Below, piece by piece: positions 11,395 to 24,977 of a stretch of DNA of 64,000 nucleotides. The notes beneath the pieces were generated by a model. It did no database searches, was not told the DNA's origin, and saw nothing but the letters and a program-made list of their open reading frames with translations. Source of the stretch: Marsupella aquatica (Eukaryota > Plantae > Marchantiophyta). The number at the start of each line of letters is the position of its first letter. The first letter of the stretch is position 1. The translations under genes and the position numbers were made by a program. The stretch spans positions 29,804,331-29,868,330 of the forward strand of contig OZ316891.1 in assembly GCA_973895155.1 (NCBI GenBank). The letters run 5' to 3'.

Positions 11395-14300
11395 TGGAAG
11401 TGCAACCAAGTTGGACACTTCAAGCGAGACTGTAAGGGAAAGGCAGCGGAAACTTCATCGGCAAATGTGGCTAGGGCTGATGGAGAAGCTGATTTACTCA
11501 ATGATGAGTATGTTTTATGAAGCCGGGGGTATGCCCTGTGCACGTCATCTAGGAGAGCAGATGATGTGTGGATTCTTGATTGTGCTTGCTCTTTTCATAT
11601 TTGTTACATTCGTGAGTTTTTCAGTTCTTACTCTGTTTCAAACGGTTCAGTTCTGATGGGAAATGATCACTCCTGTCAAATTGAGGGAATTGGGTCTGTG
11701 AAGATTCAAATGTTCGATGGCGCTGTGCGCACAGTATCCGGAGTCAGGTATGTACCTGGCATGCGTAAGAATCTGATTTCACTCGGTGTGTTGGATTCAA
11801 ATGGTCATCAATGGAGCGTTATTGATGGTGAACTTCAAGTCAGGTCGAGAGAGACAGTGATTTTGAAGGGGAGTAGACAAAAGAATTTGTATGTGTTACA
11901 GGGCAATACTGTATGTGGAGAGGCCAATGTAACCAAGTCTCACGAGGAGATGACTCAACTGTGGCATTCACGGCTAGGCCACATGAGTGAGAAGGGTTTG
12001 GCTATCTTACGGAAGAATGGACTCATTTCTGATTTGCAATCTTGTAAATTAGAGTTTTGTGAGCATTGCATTCTTGGAAAGCAGCATCGTCGTGCTTTTG
12101 GTGTTGGAACTCATCGTTCCAAAGCGGTTCTTGAGTACATACATAGTGACGTGTGGGGTCCATCCCCGACTCCCTCACACTCTGGAAAGTTGTACTATGT
12201 ATCATTTATTGATGATTACTCAAGATTTGTGTGGATTTATTTCATGACGCATAAGTCTGATGTCTTGTCCATTTTTAAGAAGTGGAAGGCCCAGGTGGAG
12301 AATCAGACTGGAAACACGATCAAGTGTTTGGATACAAGGGTGAAGAGTCTGAGGTCAGACAACGGCGGGGAGTACACTTCAATGGAATTTGAAGAGTACT
12401 GTTCAGAACAGGGGATAACTCGCCATCTCACCACAGTTTATACTCCGCAGCAGAATGGTGTTGCTGAGAGGCTCAATCGGACACTGTTGGAGCGGTCACG
12501 GAGTATGTTGAGCCAATCAGGTTTACCACAAGAATTTTGGGCAGAAGCTGTCAATACCGCAGCTTATTTGGTAAATCTTTCTCCTTCTAGTGCTATCAAT
12601 TTCAAAACGCCGTTTGAGATGCGCTATAAGCGGCAAGCAGACTATCATGGCTTGGTAGTTTTTGGAAGTGATGCATATGCTCTCACACCAAAGCAGAATA
12701 GGACCAAGTTGGATCCTACCTCCAGGAAATGTGTTTTTCTTGGGTACCAGAGTGGTGTGAAAGCCTATAGGCTATGGGATCCTATTGCCTGTAAGCTCGT
12801 TGTTAGTAGGGATGTTTCCTTCAATGAATCCAGATTATTGAAGGAGGGGGAGAATACTCAGGTCTCCCGTACTGACAAAGGAAAATCTCCTATCCCGGAT
12901 CTCGTTGAGGGGGAGATTGGTTATGAGGTGCATGACCGGAGAGAATGAGTTGCTCCAATTATGGAGCTGGTTCCTGTGCCAGAGGAACCAAAGGAGTTTG
13001 TTGATGCTGGTGAGCAGCAAGTGGATGCTGTTGAGCTTCAAATTGTACCAGCACACGCAGATCAACCGGAGTCATCGGCTAGAAGAACATCTGGTCGCAC
13101 TGTACGCGCTCCACCAAGGTATGGACAGTGGGTTTATTCATCTCAACTGCAAGAGGATGATTTTACAGCTGATGATGAGGGTGATGCGTTAATTTTGGAA
13201 GAAGGAGAACCTTCTTCATTTCATGAGGCAAGTGCTTCAAAGGAGAAGCAGAAGTGGACTGCAGCAATGCAAACGGAGATGCAGTCACTAAAGGACAACA
13301 AAACTTGGGAGCTTGTTAAGCTGCCTAAGGGTCAGCAAGTGGTGGACAGCAAGTGGATTTACAAGCTGAAGGATAATTCCATAGGAGGTGGATCGAAGGT
13401 CTACAAGGCTAGATTGGTAGCAAAGGGATTCACACAAGAGAAAGGTGTGGATTACAATGAGGTCTTCTCACCAGTTGCTAAGTACTCTACAATACGACTA
13501 TTGTGTGTACTTGTTGTAATGTTTGGTCTGCTCCTAGATCAGATGGATGTTGTCACAGCTTTCCTCTATGGCACATTGGAAGAGGTGATCTTCATGAGAC
13601 AACCGCTAGGTTTTGTGAAGAGAGGACAGGAGGAATTGGTTTGCAGATTGCTGAAATCCTTGTATGGGTTGAAGCAGTCACCAAGACAGTGGAACAAGCG
13701 GTTTGACGATTGGATTCGGTCACAAGGTTTTCACAGAAGTGTATTTGACCCTTGTGTGTATTTGAAACCGGTGAAGAATGTTGTCTTTGGGTTCATTGTT
13801 TTAGTACTTTATGTGGATGACATGCTAATTGCAGCCAAGGATAGGTCTGAGATTGTTAAGCTCAAGGCACTGCTTAGTGCAGAGTTTAAGATGAAGGACT
13901 TAGGGCCAGCTAAGAGGATTTTGGGTATGGAGATCACTAGGGACTTGGAGGCTGGCAAGCTATGGTTGACGCAGAGCAGTTATGCGAGGAAGGTAATTGC
14001 AAGGTTCAACATGGAGAATAGCAAGCCAGTAAGTACCCCGTTGGCTCCACACTTCAAGTTATCATCAGCGTTCTGTCCTACGGATGACACAGAGAAGGGG
14101 TTGATGTCAAAGGTTCCATATGACAAGGCAGTGGGGAGTCTCATGTATTTGATGACTTGCACTAGACCTGATCTTGCCATGGCTATGGGCAAGGTGAGCA
14201 GGTACATGTCGAATCCAGGGAAGGTACACTGGGAAGCAGTGAAGTGGATTATCAGGTACTTGAAGGGTACCGTGGATCATGGTCTTTTATTTGATGCGAA

Positions 14301-14793
14301 TGTAAAGAATGCTAGATCATTGATTGGCTATGTAGATTCTGACTATGGACAAGATTTGGACCGAAGGAGATCAACAACAGGATATGTGTTCACACTTGGC
14401 GGTGGATGCATAAGTTGGAGGTCTACTTTGCAGAAGTGTATTGCTCAGTCTACTATAGAAGCGGAGTATGTTGCAGCTGCGGAAGCAGCAAAGGAAGCGA
14501 TTTGGTTGGATAGACTTATCACTGAAATGGGATTGCCACAGGGGAATGTGAAGCTCCATTGTGATAGTCAAAGTGCGCTCCACCTTGCTGTGAACCAGGT
14601 GATGGACAGCAGAGTGAAGCACATTGACGTCAGGTACCATTTTATCAGGCAGGCTGTGTCTGATAATTTGTTTGAGCTAGTCAAGATTGATGGTAAACTC
14701 AACCCGGCTGACGCATTTACCAAAGTGATTCCTTTGGAGAGTTTCTCTAGACACCGTGACGTATTGCAGGTTTTGCAATTGCATCACAAGTAG
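11395..14793 (+). pseudogene. Copia polyprotein: gag zinc-knuckle remnant, protease, integrase, RT and RNase H in one frame, with in-frame TGA at 11518-11520 and 12946-12948
   Basis: WKCNQVGHFKRDC (partial CCHC); WILDCACSFH (protease); LWHSRLGHMSEKG..CEHC (integrase Zn); HSDVWGP..SDNGGEY..QQNGVAER (DDE); YKARLVAKGF..LYVDDML (RT); YVDSDY..EAEY..CDSQSA..KHIDVRYHF (RNase H). Confidence 0.95.
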
Positions 14794-14984
14794 AGTTTTC
14801 TTAAACATTCATTGTAATTACTGATATATACTCTTCCTCATTCCTATGTATTAGGCTACGGCTTAGTTCTGGTTTGCTCTAGTTAGAGAGGGAAACCGGT
14901 TTGGTTTCTGTCCAGAACTTCCCGCTTAGGGATCATATACATTGGCAGTATTACTCTCCCCTAGACCAGAGTCAAGGGGAAGAT

Positions 14985-15447
14985 TGTTGGGTATTTACTC
15001 TTACGTCTAGGTTAGGTATGACGTGGTTGGTACAACAACGTGGGTTGGTACAACTACGTGATTAGGTACAACTACGTGATTAGGTACAACTATGTGGTTA
15101 GGTACAACTACGTGATTAGGTACAACTATGTGGTTAGGTACAACTACGTGATTAGGTACAACTATGTGGTTAGGTACAACTACGTGATTAGGTACAACTA
15201 TATCATAAGAGGCATGTGTGCTTGGAGAGGTAGAACCAAGGCTCATTGTTATGGAGCCACTTGAGAGATAGGGAGAGCTTACACTGTGGAGACTCGGTAT
15301 AGCCGACGGGCTTAGAGTTCAGTAAAGCTCTCTTGTGTGTTCCCGTGGACGTAGCCTCAAGGAGGTGAACCACGTATCTCTTGTGTCGACTATTGTGCGT
15401 TGGATGGTTCATGGGCTTGCCGTTGCGATCGTCGTCTATGCTCAACA
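14985..15447 (+). repeat. 3' LTR containing an 18-bp tandem array (15029-15200)
   Basis: Copy of the 5' LTR; I found only two differences by eye (10734/15004 and 10791/15061). Confidence 0.97.
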
Positions 15448-18400
15448 AGAAATGGGCTTTGAGCTCCACAAAAGGTGTTGACTGCAAAAGCTTTTTTTTG
15501 GCAAGTACTCCACAAAAGGTGCTAGTGTTCCACCTTTTATGGTGAGTAGTGAGCCATGGAATGAGGCTTTTATAGTGGCAGGTGTGGTTTAAATGAGTTT
15601 TCAGCTGTAGTGGCTTGGCTATCGTTCATCTTCCTAAGCTGCTTGTGTTTGTTTCGGTTGTCCATTTGCAAGAAATGGTTTTCCGGTTTGTTTTTTAAAG
15701 TCACTAAATTGTCTATGTCCTAGCTTGCTCCTACAACTCTACAAGGCTATTAGCAATGTCTTTCACGTGAGCTATTAATGGACCAATTAGTTATTATACA
15801 CAACAAGAGGCAGAGAAGAGCAAATGCCACCAATCCCCAAAAATGAGAGCATAGAAAATGATAAAAGGTACAACTGGAAGAGCACAGAAAAGACTGGGTA
15901 ACAGTACAACTCGAACAGGCAGAGAGAGTCCCAATGTGCAGAAAACAAAGCCACAAAGAAATTTTAGAATGACGAAGCCAGGAAGGAAGCATCTAAATGG
16001 CAGCTCATTTCCAGTTCAGGTTCTCTTCTAGTGATGGCAGATTGCATGGCAGTGCTCTGCTCTGCCCTGCTCTGCTCTGCTGCTGGGTCCTCCTGGGTAT
16101 AATTCAAAGCAATGTAAGGTGGAGCATTCGGTGGACTCCTAGGCCCAGCTCAGCTCCTCTCTCCTCAACTACATAGTTGACAGAAACTTTAACTCTCTAC
16201 CAGTGTCTACAGGCTCCTCGATCTCCTCCAAGGCGATCGAACATTCTGAGCTGGCGAGAGGAGAGACTACACACGAGGAGGTACAAGACATCGAAGAGTC
16301 GACCCACCTCACCCCCTAAGTCATCACGTGTCCATTTGCCAAGGCAAGGTAAAACACAGCAATGCAAAGGGAAGGGAAGGAAAGGGAAGGGAGCCAAAGC
16401 AAAGTACATACTGAACTGAAAAACAAGCAAGGAATAGTAGTTCTCGCCACTACGCTACCGCTACCCATAGTTTGCAATACTGTCTGTATTAGAAAGCCTC
16501 TATTTCCCGTTAGATTTCCCGTCTCTGTTTTACTCTGATCTTATGTTTTTCTTGAAAGAGTTGACACAACATTGAACCAACCAAATATACGCCTGGGGAC
16601 ACACAGGGTGGGGTGGAGAACAAATTCCAAAGGCCAAAAGTGGGGGAGACCAGAGTGACAGAAAAACGTCGGTGGGGCCAGCACCTGACTAGCTAACTAG
16701 CCATCTGATCATGTTTTGATGCCACTAAAAGAGGTTTCATCTTCGTACCAACTGGCCCAGCGAGCAAGATATCTAACAGCGAGATTTGTCGATTGGAAGC
16801 CTGAGGCAGATGTGAGTGGCGGCCGTTTTTAGCAGCTAGTGGCTACTCAGCTAACTACAATTTCAAAGGTACGCTAGGAGGGCCTCGTGGGACTGTCTTC
16901 TATTCTGTTTTTTTCCCACAACTAGCCTCTGTGTGCTGTAGGCATACAAGAAGTGTGTCATGATTGGATTACGATACTGCTACTGCTGCTACTACTTAGG
17001 CACTGCTCAGCGGACGGAAAAGATGACAGATTCGGCTAGCTCAGCGGACGGAAGAGATGAATCATTCAGTAAACAAAGGGAAAAACGAATTAGGGAGATG
17101 ATTGCTTGGTTATAGTATCCTCCAGCCAAGTTCGCTTTTAGTGCTGTTCCCAAGCAAGCTGAGGCAAAGATCCCTGCCTAGCAAAGGCCTCGAGTCAGTC
17201 AGTGAGTGAGCTTCTGGACCACCGGCGACTGCCTTTTCAATAACGTACGGCAGGGTCGGTCCATTTTGAGGTTTTCCTGAACCAGCAAAGCCCATTAGCC
17301 CCTGCCCAGAGACTCTCCAGCTTGATCACTGACGACCTGCCTTGTTAATAAAGTCCTTCGGTCGAAATTGTGGTTCGCAAGCAATTTCAAGAAGAGCCTC
17401 CCCGAGGCCGTCAACCAGTGACCTTCTGGACCACTGACGACTGCTTTTGTTCATTACGTTCTGTGGGTCGATCCTATAAGACAGCTAGTGCAGTTGTGGT
17501 TGTCTGAGCTCAACTTCGCGTGCCTACTTCCTTCCAAGCGAACTAAATCAAAGATTATGGAATGGAGTAAGATGGTTGGACACTCGTGGAAAAGGTGGCT
17601 TCAGCTGGATCGGAGGACACCTAAGAATGAATACAATGATCACAAGGACTAGAGGCAGAACTGAGGACGTCTGTGCTGGTCGGTTTTTTCAACTTTCAAT
17701 GACAGTATAAGATGAATCGGAAAGTACATGCATTGATAGCAAACAAGGGATTCATCAGAACAATTACAATTCAGCAACCATTACGAATTTTTTGCATTGG
17801 TTATCAAACAATGAATTTTCAGGAAAAAAGGTGAGATAGTTACGGGCAGAGATTATGAATTTAGTTTCGAAGAAGGAATCTTTACAGAAAAATTGATCAG
17901 AAGCAGATGGCTCTCAAGTTTAGATGACGCAGGGGCTGATAACTACACGGAGACTGTGGAGTGAACTGAGAAAGTAGGAGCAGTAGAGTCAGAGGTCATG
18001 TTGTCATGGTTTGACAATCTTCACATACTACCGACTTGTGCTTTGGTAGCCCGCGAAAGTGAACAAGAGTGTCCGCAATTTTGGAGAGAGAATCAGAGAG
18101 TGCCCTATTTACGAGATGCTTGCCACAAGAAATTGATTTGGAATTTGAGAGCAGCAAAATATTAGAACGGAGCCAAAATCAGACCACGAGGCACGTTAGG
18201 AATTATACGCCACAGAAGGAGCCGGTCCTGAGTTTGTCCTCTACTCTTTTGCGTGCACGAATGAAAGGTGATCTCGAGAGAGGAGGACCGTGATGCCAGC
18301 CAACATTCTCATCTAGGGACACAATAGAACGGAGAATACTCTTTTGCTTTAGTGACGTATTACCAAACACTTCATTACCAGTTGCGTCTCTCTTTTATAG

Positions 18401-19478
18401 TTGTGAGAGCTACTCCGGTACATGTCTCACGATCAAAACGTGTATCCGGTTTGTTCAAGAAAAGGGGACGGGCGGCTATTGATAATGAGACGTAACAGGT
18501 AATGGTGGTGACGTCTCAACCCCAAATTGACAGAAGGGAGGTCTCCGCTCAAGATGCAGTGCTGCAGTGGCACCTGATCGGATAGTGACACAGCACGTTG
18601 TTGCCAAAGAAACAGGCAGGTATTTAGACAACATATCATAGTGTAACCAACTACTTTAGATTAGAGGGAGAACGTAATGTCAGTCCAAGACGCCTCAAAA
18701 CTCAGGACCGCATTGTCAAAGAAGGGAACTCTTTTGACTAGGACGTAAACAAAGGATCTAGGGTGTGGCTGGTCCTCCGATCCATGCGCACGATAATCAT
18801 AAACATGAGGGCGTTATCGTAGAGGGCGACATTGTTGAGATCTACCAAAAAAATCACAGCGGACAGTGCTCCATCAACCATCAAACGGTAATTGGCCGCC
18901 TAAGATGCAGAAACACCCTAATCATATAGAAATTCAGAGGTACAAAAGATAATATCCCAACAACTCAATTGCAAAGAAGGACAAAACACACTTCGCATCG
19001 AATGAATAATCAGACTATTGGGGCCATGTTCACAAAAGTTCTCTATACAGATAAGGCTCTCTCTATCCCAGGTGGGATCTTTATGGGAAGTAATTTTACA
19101 TATCCCTGTAGTCGACAAAGTGAAAGTACATGCAGATCTAAGTGTCAATTGAACCTGTTGGAGAGTCGGCAGTTCACCGAGTATAGAAATGGTATTGGTG
19201 GACACAATGGGCAGGTACCATTCTTCTCCAGGAGCTGACAAAATTACTGTTTAAGGCCGGACGATCGTAAAATTGACTGTAAAAAGGATCAACACTCGAG
19301 AGGTTTGTACGCAACTTGTAAATTGCACATGAGAGTTTCCCGGAGTGGAAAAAATTGAATCCCCAACTAAAGTATGTTCTCTATAGGTAAATGGAAGGAA
19401 AAAAGTGCTCTTCTTATTCTTGGAAGGAAGCAGTTGATGCAAAAGACTGATCTGCACATGGTTCGATGATAGCCACTG

Positions 19479-22400
19479 TCATCTAAGCTTATCACTGCCC
19501 AGATACGATGGCCTTGGATATTGCATATCATATCTGCCACTGGAGACTTGTGGAGGAGTCTCGAATAACCGTGGCAATGACGCTACCCGAGGAATAGTCA
19601 AAAGCAAATCGCTTGCTGACCCATGCTTGCTGAAGGAGGACATGAGCGAATTGAAAGATGGGTCTCTGTGAAACATACTGGCACTCGTTGTCAACCAATT
19701 ATGATCCTCCGGCCCAACTTCATCTTTCACGACGGTACCCATAGGGTACAGCTGACCAGCATCAGGTGCCTCCAACGCAGGCGGTAACGGGGTAGGTAGC
19801 TCTTCAGCCAAAGCCGCAGAGAACTGCCCAAGCCTTGAGGGGTTCAACATGACGTGCTCATTTGACCAGCAACTCTCCTCAAGAAGACATCGCCTAATTT
19901 CGGCCAGTTTCAGATCTTGGGAGAACGCATTGTCTCCTATCATGAAGAGGTTGTTACAAGACGGCTTCACATCGGGAAGCTCATGGGTTCCAACACTTGT
20001 CGTATGTGGATACGTGAAATCTATGTCGTACTCATTGAGGTCACCAGGAAGCCTCAAGTCTTCTGTGTCACTGGCGCCACTATCACTGGGGTCCATCACT
20101 GAAATACCAAAGAAAAAAAAAAAACGAGGGTGTCAATCTCGAAGCAGCTGTAAACGTCATCCAGTAAAGCATTTCCATTAAGTTGTAAAAGGAAAACCTG
20201 AATAGCACATAAACCTAAACCCGAACAGATCGGACTTCGATCGATAGTTCGTGAAATTACATACCTGAACTCGGAGATGCCAAATCGTTCGGCTGCATCT
20301 TAATTCGACTGACTTCAGCTTTAAGATCCGATAGAATCCCCGCGTGGTTGACTAGACTACTGCTTGGCATTGCAAGCAAATGACGAGGATGGAAAACCGG
20401 CAGCTCGTTACTGTTTCCATCAATGTTACGATGTCCTATTGCCTGATGAGAAGGTAGATGCTGGTGCTTTCCTTCCAACGTCCAGCCGGTGTGGTCAAAA
20501 TCTGTGGCAGCCCTCTTGGAAAATGCACCTTCCACAAGAGCCTTCAAGCGAGGATCACACTGCACCAACTTCTCATAGTGTCTATTTAAGACGCCTTCTG
20601 GAAACTGCAAGTAATGCCGCCTGTTGCACAACATCAAATCTATCAGCACCAAAACATGAAGGATCAGGCACATCAAAGGCCTCCTTCCAATATGAGCACT
20701 CAGATGGAGTTGAACAAGAGTGGCATTCTCATTTCCTCAATTCCTGTAGGTTTTCAACAGTTAGTCCCCTTGGATTAGTATTTTCAACAGTTGTCCCCCT
20801 CACATTGAAGTACATGGGCGCAACTAGGGAAAAGTTCTACCGCAATGATAAGCAAAGATGACAATCAGCAAACCACCGGATTAATGCAACATTGCTTACT
20901 TTGAACACACTCCTGGCATCGGTCGGTCCCTAGGAGGACAAACAGTAACGAGTGATCCGTGAGGTCGATTATCACTACTACATGAGTCAAAACGAAACTA
21001 ACCGTTATACTCACTTGCAAACAGTAGCCTGCCCTCCGGTGAAGTCGGGAGCTGCCTGCCACAGCGTATGCTTTCGTGGCTGAGGGTTTGTCTCCCTAAA
21101 GAACATTGGAGGTCGGGATACCTGAGACATGCGAAAGCTGGCATGAGATCTTTTGATGTTTGCAACTAATCTCGTTCCGTTGCTCTTAACGATGGACAAA
21201 ACATGACAACGAGGAAGACAGCAACATACCTCTATCTCAAGAGTGCCGGGAAGGTTCTCGGGACAGCTGGCCTTCATGGCAGAGATGTCCGACCACTGAA
21301 TTTCAATCTTACTTTTCAGCCCACTCTCCAGCACTTCCCAAACAAGCTTCCGCTTGGCGTAGTAGCACTTCCCAACCAAATCTCCTTCATACCTTGAAGT
21401 GCGCTGATGAGCCAGGAACATCATACATGAGACACAGACTACGATCGTTGAAGAGCGTGGAGATCAAATAAATCCACGCTTACAAACGAAGCACTGTCTC
21501 ATAAATTCCATATTCTTTTACATCTCCTACGAAGAAAAGCTATTCTTTTGAGTCACTCCACGAGTTTGTTACTCCAGACACTTGATATGATAATAAAGGA
21601 TTCCACCTACAATGTACCCTCCCCTAACCAGTTAGCCTTACCTCCCAAGTGCCCACTTTTAGGCTCGATGCAGGAAAGTTTGATGCTTTCATCTTGTCCT
21701 GAGCAGTCACCGAAGGTACCAAATACTTTGCCGGTCGGTTCTTTGCAGCATCCTGTGCAGCAGAGTCAGCGTTTCCAGAGCCTTGCTCACCACTGCCTCC
21801 TTGTGCGAGCTTCATCGATATGAGGTCTAAAAGAGACGGAGTCTTCCTGAGAGTCAGCCCAAGGGGGCTCGGTTCATCGAGTGCGTTCACCGAGGCAGAC
21901 ACGGAGCGTGCCAGAGGAGGGCCAGGAGCCATCCGACTCATGACCCTATTGCCAGAATGGTTCGAATCGCCGTACTTTGGCCCCGGCGCAGAGGAATCCC
22001 TTGTCATCGCGGGACCCGTAGTACCAGGAGATCCCCTTGAAGACAGCAATTGAGACTGCATCTACATGATACGCCGAGCGACAAGCGTTAGTTCTATCCG
22101 ATTTCAAACAGCCTAAACCTTCCAGACCAGCAAAACCAGAGGCAATCTCATTCATCAGCCCAAAGTAGGAAATGCTCAAAGGCTTTACTACAGACAACAA
22201 GCCCCTTACCCACAAACCTATTTCAACGGAGACGTTCATGCATGGCATCTCGATTGCCATTCCTAGGGAAGCTAAAGGCAGGAAACACAACATTTTTCTT
22301 TCAATGAAGAACTGATAAAAGGCTTTCCAAAGTCCACTGCACCTAAGAACTCACCCTTATACTTTCATAGGACAGCCCCTGCAAGACCAGCAAAACCACG

Positions 22401-22995
22401 GTGCCTTCAAACGCACACACGAGGATTACTGGACTTCGTTACCCATCCCTCTAGGAGCGAGGGGCAGGGCGTAGGGTGGGGTGGGGTTAGGGGACGCCAG
22501 GAGAGGCCCAGACAGGACGCCCACAGGAAAATGGGTAAGTACAGAGGCCCGGAGAAGACAGCGAGTGCGCAGTGACAACAGTAATCTTTAAGAATGGATT
22601 TTTGGTGAACTGTTGACAAAGAAAGATAATTCCAGTTGACGGGTACATACCTGAGAAGAATTTGTATGAACTGAATCCTGGACCTTGCATCTCTTGAGGT
22701 CCTGTGCGTACTCCTCATAAGATGGTTCCCTATCCCTGTCTCTGTAGAACTGACGCTCGAGTTTGGGAGATGATTGACCCGCTGACCCGGGCGAATGCAC
22801 ATGCGGTGATGTCATCCGCACCAGACCCGAAGCTTGGCTTTGCAGTGCGGAGCCATGAGTCTGCTGCCATTGCTGTGCACTGCCATGGAAGCTCTGACTT
22901 CCAGTGGGAGTCTCTGCTTTAACGCTCCCGTTCAATTGCTCAGGTGACCTCTGCTTCACCGGCACTTGGCCCCCTGGTATCGAAAATAACGCCAT
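19479..22995 (-). CDS. TRF2/HOY1 PH-like domain protein (family of Arabidopsis At2g24100/ASG1-like proteins); 6 coding exons
   Basis: Minus-strand exons 22995-22651, 22061-21642, 21403-21230, 21121-21015, 20620-20265 and 20098-19479 join in frame. Motifs: LDEPSPLGLTLRKTPSLLDLI, KASNFPAS..GTWE, SRYEGDLVGKCYYAKRKLVWEVL..GLKSKIEIQWSDI, FFRETNPQPRKHTLWQ..DFTGGQA, HYEKLVQCDPRL. The start codon is the least certain part. Confidence 0.9.
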
Positions 22996-24977
22996 TCGAC
23001 TAACCGGCTCGTTCAATCCCACTACAAACAGTCGTGGTAGTAAGCTTGATCCCTTCCAGCACTCCGGAGAGCTCCCGAGTGCCCACCCTTGATTTTCCGC
23101 CAAGACTCAACTTATGCTCTGCTTCTCAGGAGACGAAAAGGCATTCCTTCTCGCTGGCATTCGTGCACCGGCCTCGCCCCTTCTTGCCCATGCCGCATGC
23201 ACCTCCGTGTTTGAAAACGGTGCTAAAGTATTCGCAAAACATCTGCACATTCCCATCCGGAGAGTCAGCAGCGATGATTCACAATAATCACTTCACATGA
23301 CATCGGTAAAGCGGTCGCCCAAAAAAGAACCGGTTGGTAGAATGATGATTGTAAGGCTTTTAAAGAAGAACAAAGCTGCGAGGTCAAAACAGCACCGCCA
23401 GTGCAGCGTCTTCCAATTTCAATAACTCTGGCCGTCCTTTGACGTTCATTGTACACTTCGTGAGCACAGAGAGGGAGGAAAAGGAACAGAGTGAGAAGGG
23501 TACGGTAGAAGACGTGAATTACTGGTTACCCGATCGATTCCACTCAAATTGCAGGTCAGCTGTAATCAGTGCGAGAAACTTACGATCTGAATGATTCTTC
23601 CTTGTCAACCAATTGTAAAAGGCCTGTAGAAGATGGCCGCCTGTGGATCAACGAAGTGTGTGCTAGCCTTCATCACATACCCTTCACCCCATGCTCTTCA
23701 TCGCCACTCGACGGCGCGCAACAGAAGCTCCGCATTTGTGAAAGGGCTACACCCGGAAGCCCAGCACGCCTCACCAGTACGCTTGATGACTAAATTAGAT
23801 CCAATGAACACTCTCAGCGGGGTAGCATCGTGCCTAGTTGTCCACAAGCAATTATTCAGACACAATGGCATACGAATGACATGTCCGCCAGCAACCCACA
23901 AGATTTTGGACCACTTCTTTCCTTCCACGGGGTCTCAAAGACTCGACTGAATTAGGTCGCCCTTCCTTTCACATCCACAAGGAACTCTTGTACTGAAGTC
24001 GCGCAGAGGGAACTCCTCAATCAGGGCGAGTGGACATCACCGCCTACTTCCTTACACATTGACGTGCGTGCGGGAAGGACCCAGGGTGGTAAACCAGCCC
24101 ACAGCAGAGCCCACGAGCACGACGAAGATAGGGAACTACAAATTAGCGAAAACAAGACAGCCGCTCGCTCCACTTCATCAATCAGTGGACTCCGCGAACC
24201 CCACCAGAAACGCCCCTCTCTCTCTCGCTTGCCGACCACGCCGCAGTCGTTCGCCTTCTCAACAGCACAGTAGTAGTGGTGAGACAGAAAGAAGCTTCCT
24301 CCCAAAACAGATGGATCGTTCGTTCCTTTGTTCCGCTGCCGAATTCCTCCGGCGTCAACAACTATCAGGTCGAACAGCGATTACGTGACCCAAGTCGAAC
24401 CAGAAAGAGCAGTCCGTCACTGTCCTTCGATGAAAATCGTTTCCCAGACAGACAGACTGCAAGGCCTCCCTTCTCCAAGGCAGGAGGGTCCCTGCGTGCA
24501 ATAATGGAATCCGGTAGCTTGACCACACGCAAGAGTGAGAGAGTGACGAGTTGGGACACGAGCACTCACTCCTGAGCGCCTTCCTCGCCTTTCTTAGTCC
24601 GCCACCATCACCGCACCGCACCACCACTGTCACGAACCCCACAGAATGTGCAATGAAGCGAAAACCAAATCAGTCAGTTAATCGAGTCCATTTCAGTCCA
24701 CCCGAATGTGCATTCAACAGGGAGAGCAGAGCAGAGCAGAGCTGTGATGCAGAGCACAAACTGCGCTTCGTTTGATCGGCAAGACGGACACCAAAAAGCC
24801 CCGATGTTTGTCCACTCTCTCGCTCCTATAGTAGTTGTGGTGAGCGGAGATGAAGCAGCGGAGAGAATGAGCAGAGGACAGGAGATTGAACAGCGGAGAA
24901 TGTGTAACTTCTTTCCCTTTCTCTCATCACACACGTAATTGAAAAAATAATGTACCGCGCCGATGACGGACTGGTAC

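Larger units (their letters stand above)
10715..15447 (+). mobile_element. Ty1/copia LTR retrotransposon (Tork/Tnt1-like), gag-deleted and non-autonomous
   Basis: 463-bp LTRs at 10715-11177 and 14985-15447 (TG..CA); TSD AGAAA; PBS TGGTATCAGAGC (tRNA-iMet) at 11180-11191; PPT AAGGGGAAGA before the 3' LTR; domain order PR-INT-RT-RH. Confidence 0.98.
10641..15592. mobile_element. MITE family C (TTAA-flanked), split by the copia insertion into 10641-10714 and 15448-15592
   Basis: TTAAACCACACCTGCCCCTATAAA ... TTTATAGTGGCAGGTGTGGTTTAA; the joined halves match the intact copy at 47221-47433. Confidence 0.9.

Noticed and set aside
17324-17380. CTGACGA...GAAA resembling a hammerhead ribozyme core
   Set aside because: Stem II would need a C-C closing pair, and I found no convincing stem I/III or cleavage triplet.
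18527-18547. TTGACAGAAG, resembling the start of miR156/157
   Set aside because: The match ends after about 10 nt and no complementary star arm was seen.
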